From assembly GCA_951406725.2 (NCBI GenBank), contig OX597822.1, positions 116,250,001 through 116,314,000 of the forward strand: a stretch of 64,000 nt of DNA, read 5' to 3'. This stretch comes from Octopus vulgaris. Its lineage: Eukaryota. Under the pieces are notes generated by a model. The model saw nothing but the letters and a program-made list of their open reading frames with translations, made no database searches and was not told the origin of the DNA. Positions 57,851 to 64,000 of the stretch are shown here, piece after piece (position 1 is the first letter of the stretch; every line of letters begins with the position of its first letter). A program made the translations under genes and the position numbers.

Positions 57851-58709
57851 ACATTTACAACTGGAAAAAATTACTGAAATGAAAAATTTTTTACTTGAAC
57901 TGTAATTCCAGATATAATGACTTTATTGATTAGTTTTAGACCCCCAACAAAAGAAGGATATGATTTGGATGTATCATTAATGAATTTCTAAACTTTAAAA
58001 GAAAGCAAAAACAACAATTAGGATTTTATTATGAACTATGTTCATCAAAACCATAGGACAACATCTAGAGTACAATACGTAATCTTAGAAACTATAACTG
58101 CAAAGGACATACATAGAATCAAAGCACAAATCCTTTAAATCTTCAGTGAATTAAGCTATATGTCATTGATAGATCAATGATGTTAACAATCAAGAAAACT
58201 ACACGGCGATATTAAAATCTTCAAAGTAATGAAGAGACTTAAATAGTGTCCTATACCAACCAAATAAATGATAATTCATTGATATTTAATCAGTTTAGAT
58301 TTAAGATAATTATTTTACATGATATGAAGTGATATATAATAGTGCAAGGTTGAATCAAAAGAAGTAGAAATTAATACGTTAACACCTTCTTTAAAAATAT
58401 AGTGAGGATTTGTTAGAAGAGAGACTGTACATATAGTGAAAACAGTACAACGTCGGGGCCGTGATTCTACTATCACGTGAAAAGTAGAAGTATTTATTCA
58501 ACTTCAACAAATTAGAAATTATCAACAATAAATTTGCACAACATTTATATCAATTTATACATTAAAAACAATTTATGGGATATTTCTTTCAAGGAAGAAA
58601 AGAATTGCAATTTAAACAACAATGAAATCTGTAAATAACATCCCAAAATATCAGAAAACAGATGCAAAAATGCAAGTGAGATCATTCTAAAAGTCTTACC
58701 CCACAGCCA

Positions 58710-59095
58710 CGCCTGTGTGGCTGTGTGGTAAGAAGCTCCCAACCACATGGTTCCAGATTTCGTTCCACTACATGACACCTTGGGCAAGTGTCTTCTACTA
58801 TATCCCTGGACCTACCAAAGCCTTGTGAGTGGATTTGGTAGACAGAAACTGAAAGAAGCCCATCATGTGTGTGTGTGAGTGTCTTTGTGTCTGTCACTCT
58901 GCCACCTCTTGATAACCGGTGCTGGTGAGTTTACATCCCCCATAACTTAGCAGTTCAACAAAAAGAGACCAATAGAAAAAGTACTAAGCTTTAAAATTTA
59001 AGTCCTGGGGTCGATACACTTGGCTAAAAATTCTTCAAGGCAATGCCCCAGCATGGCCACAGTCTAATGACTGAAACAAGTAAAAGATAAAAGAT
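58710..59095 (+). mobile_element. tRNA-derived SINE family A
   Basis: Same head, ccttgggcaagtgtctt domain and tail as 41393-41785. Another copy at about 62645-63085 (-). Confidence 0.8.
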
Positions 59096-59419
59096 ACTGA
59101 AATTAAATGGTCAAAAGTTGACAATTGCAGCTGGTTACACTTCTCTAAAACAATTCAACAGCAGAATAATATGTTTTCTAAGTGAAATGAGAAGAAGTCC
59201 TGTAACTGGCTTCTGTAAAGATACAATAAAATTAACTTATGCCAGATTGATGGGTTTATAGCCACTTTATTAATAATTGATGCCACCTTTGCAATCTAAG
59301 CACTGCATTTATAACAAAACCATAGGATCTCTGAAGATTAGCCATAAAATGCATAACTTGAAAGTATCAGAAGTTATAATAGTAAGAAATAGGTTGTGAA
59401 GATATGGTAGTAGATGTGT

Positions 59420-60260
59420 CTTATATTAAATCAAAATATTCAGTATTAAGTGATGAGAGTAACGTATGTTCAATGTAAGAATGATGGCAACGATCTCAAT
59501 GATCTTCAAAGTGATATTGTCCATCCATGCCAACATGGCTTTCTCATGTCCCAGCTCAGATGAGACGTTCCTCAACACTTCCAGTTGCAACAGTAATGGT
59601 ACAACGGTACATGCAAAACTGATGAGAGAAGACAGTCCTGGCTGATCAAGAATGTAAGGCAGAAGGGGTCTGATAAGTGGACATTTAGTCTGACCACTGA
59701 GCAGATGCCTCCTCTATACATTGAAGCAGCCTAATCACAGAAAATGGGACCAAAGCTAGCGTCACTGAAGATAGCTGCTGACCAACAATGGTCAACTATA
59801 CTGAAAGCTTTCAACTGATCCAAATTCGTATGAGCCCTACTAAAACAAGGTTTGTTAGCTACCCTCCCTGCAGCATATTACATGAGATGGAAATTGTTGA
59901 GGACAGATATGCCCGCAATCATGGTCTGTACTTCTCTACCACTCTAATGACAAGCACTGAATTATTTTGAAGCAATTTGACTAAAACCATAAACTTTGCA
60001 TTCAACAGAATTCTAGGCCAGAAATGATCAATAATCTTATTCATTCCATTCCGCTCCCCAACTCATTGTTCTCTTCAGTTATTTTGATGAGACAATGTCT
60101 TCTGGGACAGGGATTGCCTAATCTAACATCATCATCTTATTAGTACTTGAGCAGAGGAAAGGGAAATGAAGCCCCAAACGTCATACATGAAAGCATCTTA
60201 TTACAGCAGGCTAGCAACAGACTGAACAACAAGTCCTACAGAGGTGTGAAACCTGAAAAA
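59420..60260 (-). mobile_element. Highly decayed LINE RT remnant (RTE-like)
   Basis: Fragmentary motifs (LDQLKAF, DDDVRL) and coding-like composition; no open frame. Confidence 0.35.
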
Positions 60261-60517
60261 TTTAAGAGATTTGGAAGTTATTTCATTTCCCCAAAACATT
60301 AGTGACTAAAGTGTTGAGGAATGGCTCCAACCAGGAATCAGATCAAGTAAAGGTTTTCAGATATGATACAAATGCTTCAAATTTATAGGAGAAGACAGTT
60401 GTATGATGGCCATGTTTTTCTTAAAGAAACCAATGACAATAATAATTTCAGATTGAGAAAAAAAAAATGTTCAACTTGCTGATAACTGGTGCTCAATGTA
60501 GATAATAGGGAAATGCT

Positions 60518-60752
60518 TTAACCTTTTCATTACCCTATTTCTGTTAAAAAAAGAAACACTGCTTTTAGTTTTCGTTCACTTTTAAAATAATGAAGAATTT
60601 AGTAAAAGAACTTTGTTATTTTTAAGCTGGCATCTAAAACAAATTAACATAGAATTTTGATGGAAAATTTTGATTTAAGTCACTTTAAAACTGTAAGTTT
60701 GTGTCATAGAAACAGATGGTGATCTCAGGCAGGTTGGCATCAAAGGGGTTAA
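60518..60752. mobile_element. Second TTAA-flanked MITE
   Basis: ttaaccttttcattacc ... ggcatcaaaggggttaa imperfect TIRs. Confidence 0.55.
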
Positions 60753-61318
60753 TATTCTTTCACCATAGAGTGAAGCAAGCAGCCAACTAACCAAATCCAC
60801 AACCCAATTTCAATTCTTGATAATCATTTCATTTAACTTACACCCATTATTCACACAAGTACGAAAAGCATACAATCCCAGTCCACAGCCTTTACATTGC
60901 TTATCTTAAGCGTAAGCAACAAATAAATAAACTAGCTGTACCGCCTGCCAAATATTATTCTGTATGACAGAAATATTGTTAGCACTATAAATTATTTAGA
61001 CATAAACCACTATCGTGGTAAGAGCAATGGTTAATATTCCCTATCAGGCAATAACAATGGTTGAGTGAGTATAATATAACAAGAGCAAAATAGTAGGCAT
61101 TGCTGTCTGATAAGAAGAAGCACTGCTGTTCCTCACTCCACTTAGTTGCTAATTATAAACCATGGTAAGAGGGGGGGCAGTGAGCAGGGGGGGGGGGGGA
61201 TACAAGTTACTATATTAACAAATTGCTTATTTCAGTTGTCTTCAGATAAGACACATACACATAATAACAATCAAAAACAAAAAAATTATTTTATAGCTGC
61301 AGACAGATTTCAAGGGCA

Positions 61319-61363
<45 letters not shown>

Positions 61364-63156
61364 ATTAAGATGTTAGGCAAACACACATAAAGTTGGATAG
61401 ACAGAGAGAGACAGAGAATGTGGCATAAAACAAAATGTCTTTATCCAAGAAGGAGTGGGGGGGGTGATTTTCTGGTGATTTTCTGCTTCCTACCCCATAT
61501 AAAATACCAAACCTGCCATAAGAGCAGCTTTGGCCAACAATAGCATTTCCTATTATCACACCTTATTTACATTAACCCTCCCTGTGCCATTAACATTATT
61601 TACTCTCTTGAATGACACCGGCACTCCCCCCACCCCACCCCCGCTTACCTACTTTTTCTCAGCTTTCATATGGTTAATGTCCCCCACCCCCACCTCCACT
61701 CCCCACCCCGGTATCTGGTACATGTGCAAAACGAAGGCTAAAGACAAATGCATTTTGAATGAGAAATATATAATATATACCATGCAGATACAAACATCAG
61801 TGAAGGAATATGGGGGGAAAATTTAGCCCAGGGTAGTTGTTTTCCATTCTTTTTTTAATGTTGCATGTTCCAGCAACAGGCTATGGCCATACTGGAGTAC
61901 TGCCATTACTAACAAATATGAATTTTAAAAATCTCTGTGCATGTGTTTTTTTATATATAGACACACACCCAGACAAAAGACAGCTTCTAGAGTTACAAAT
62001 GATTGCTCAAGAGTTTCTTTTCTTTGTATTGTGTTAGTCCAGAGACGACAGTGCTATTGAATGTAAATCTTTGAAAGTAAGCATGGAAATGTATATATCC
62101 ACAGCAAACTAAGTTTGAGAGGAAACTATGAGAAGCTCAAGCAAGACGAAATTATTTCTCATTGGTTGATTTGTATTCATGCTTTAGCATTTAAATTGGA
62201 CAGAGTCTGGCCCAAATATTCTACCTGTTTCTTTTCTACCTGTTTTATTTTCAAACCAGCTGGATCTGGCCTCTTACATCTATCCTACAATGTCATTCTA
62301 AAGATTAACAATCACTTCATCAAAGCCTCAAAACTGCAAGACAATGCTCGATTAATCCAAAACAATGGGAATAAATAAGCATAACATTTGACAGAGAAAT
62401 CTAAATGCGAAAGAGCTGAGAAATATTTTCACGGTTCCTGGTTAAACACAGCCAGCATTCTGCAGATTTGAGGGTTCAGTCACAACCACTGATGATCTTC
62501 ATATTCTACAGAACCAGATGTTTTTCAATAATCAGGTCTTTGTGTAACATTTAGTTTCACTTCATACAGGAATGGGGCTGTCCTAGATCAACTTCCCATA
62601 AGCATTTCAAGGCTGAAACATCCAAATGTATTTTGAAGCTGAAAGCTTTTTCTTTCTTCATAGTTTGCTCAGTGACCTGAAATCAGACTGTGGCCATGCT
62701 GGGGTACCATCTTGAAAGGTTTTGGTCAAACATATTAACCCCAGTACTCAATTTTTAGGGTCTGGTATATATTCTATCAGTCTCTTTTACCAAACCACTA
62801 AGTTACAGGAACAGAAACAAACCAACACCAACTGCCAGGAGGTTGGAGTAGGGTGGCGGACAAATGCTAACTCAAAGACACACACACACACACATACATA
62901 CATGCATGCATACATGTGATGAGCTTCCATACAGTTTTCATGTACCAAATCTAGTCATTAGACATTGGTCAGCCTGGGTCTATAGTAGAAAACACTTGCC
63001 CAATGTGCAGAGCAGTGGGACAGAACCTGAAACTATATGGTTACAAAGCAACCTCCTTAACCACACAGCCATGCTGGTACCTATTTCCATAAAACAGCAA
63101 GCAATGCATATAAATTACACGTCTTCAGTGTTGTGTAAGTTTTCAAAGCTTAGTTT

Positions 63157-63310
63157 ATGATGGGGTGCAGAAAAGTTCCTGATTTGGGGTAAAAGAAAAT
63201 ACAGGAGGATCAGTTAATTACAATTTTATTCAACATATTCCCCTCTCAGAGACACACAGGCCTTTCACGATGCCCTTAAAGCCAGGAACTTTTCAACCAC
63301 CCCATCATAT
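63157..63310. mobile_element. Mariner-derived MITE
   Basis: TIRs tatgatggggtgcagaaaagttcctg / caggaacttttcaaccaccccatcata with TA ends. Confidence 0.7.
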
Positions 63311-63514
63311 ATATATATATATATATAATAATAAATATTAGGGAATAAATCCAAATTTACAGGGAAAAATCAGATTTAGGATTGAATCCAATTTTATAGC
63401 AAAATATTATATAATATTAATTAGAGACACATCCACTATTTTGCAAATCAAAAAAAGAAAGACTTAATCCAATACATAAAAAAATTTAATATAAATTAAA
63501 TAAAATTAAATTCG

Positions 63515-63560
63515 CCACTACAATTGTTTCGTGTCTCTTCTAAGGACATTCATCAGGTGG
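63515..63560 (-). ncRNA. Minimal type I hammerhead ribozyme with intact core, in an AT-rich repeat at about 63330-63625
   Basis: CCAC-CTGATGA-ATGTC cttagaaga GACAC-GAA-ACAATTGT-A-GTGG; palindromic stem III, GUA site. Confidence 0.7.
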
Positions 63561-63719
63561 ATTTCAGATCCATGTACTAAATTTAGTTTCGGCTGTTATT
63601 TTCCACAAGGAAAAGTGCGGCCATCATCATATATCTATATATATATACACACACATATATCTATATATATATACACACACATACACATATATATATATAT
63701 ATTTATTATATTCTGTCCA

Positions 63720-64000
63720 TCTATCATAGTTTAACATCTCATCAACTGACACAAAGCCACCTCCCTCAATACCACTCACACTCTCATTTGACAGGTCTTC
63801 ATCCTGCAAGTTACTTGGTGATCTCACTGATGCTGGTGCCACATAAAAATGTACCCTGTACACTCTGTAAAGTGGTTGCCTTTAAGAAGGGCATCCAGTT
63901 GTAGAGACCGTGCCAAGGCTAACAACAGAGCTTAGTGCAATCCATTCTGGCTCGTCAGCTCCTGTCAAACTGTCCAACCCATGCCAGCATGGAAAGAGGA
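63720..64000 (+). mobile_element. RTE-tail-related repeat running off the window
   Basis: ggtgccacataaaaatgtacc...aagaagggcatccagttgtag...caacccatgccagcatggaaag. Confidence 0.7.

Overview
Eukaryotic, AT-rich, repeat-dense DNA. It is most likely from an octopod cephalopod, which I infer from the repeat complement and the long (AT)n, (CAT)n and (TAA)n tracts. I found no intact multi-exon CDS. The window reads as intronic or 5' sequence filled with transposon relics. These include RTE, CR1, R4/Dong and Hero non-LTR elements, a Penelope-like element (PLE) and an RT-less Gypsy with both LTRs. There are also mariner, hAT and Helitron remnants, TTAA-flanked MITEs and several tRNA-derived SINE families. 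A few minus-strand splice signals suggest a host gene whose first coding exon (MEITSSLFIILSLTT..., signal-peptide-like) lies at 2309-2355. The most striking signal is RNA structure. The 3' UTR of the Hero fragment (35359-35469) contains all hammerhead ribozyme core motifs with complementary stems, but in a strand order that fits none of types I, II or III and implies a multiply pseudoknotted fold. Five minimal PLE-type hammerhead motifs, near-intact to decayed, occur elsewhere in the window. All alignments and pairings were read by eye, so repeat boundaries are approximate.
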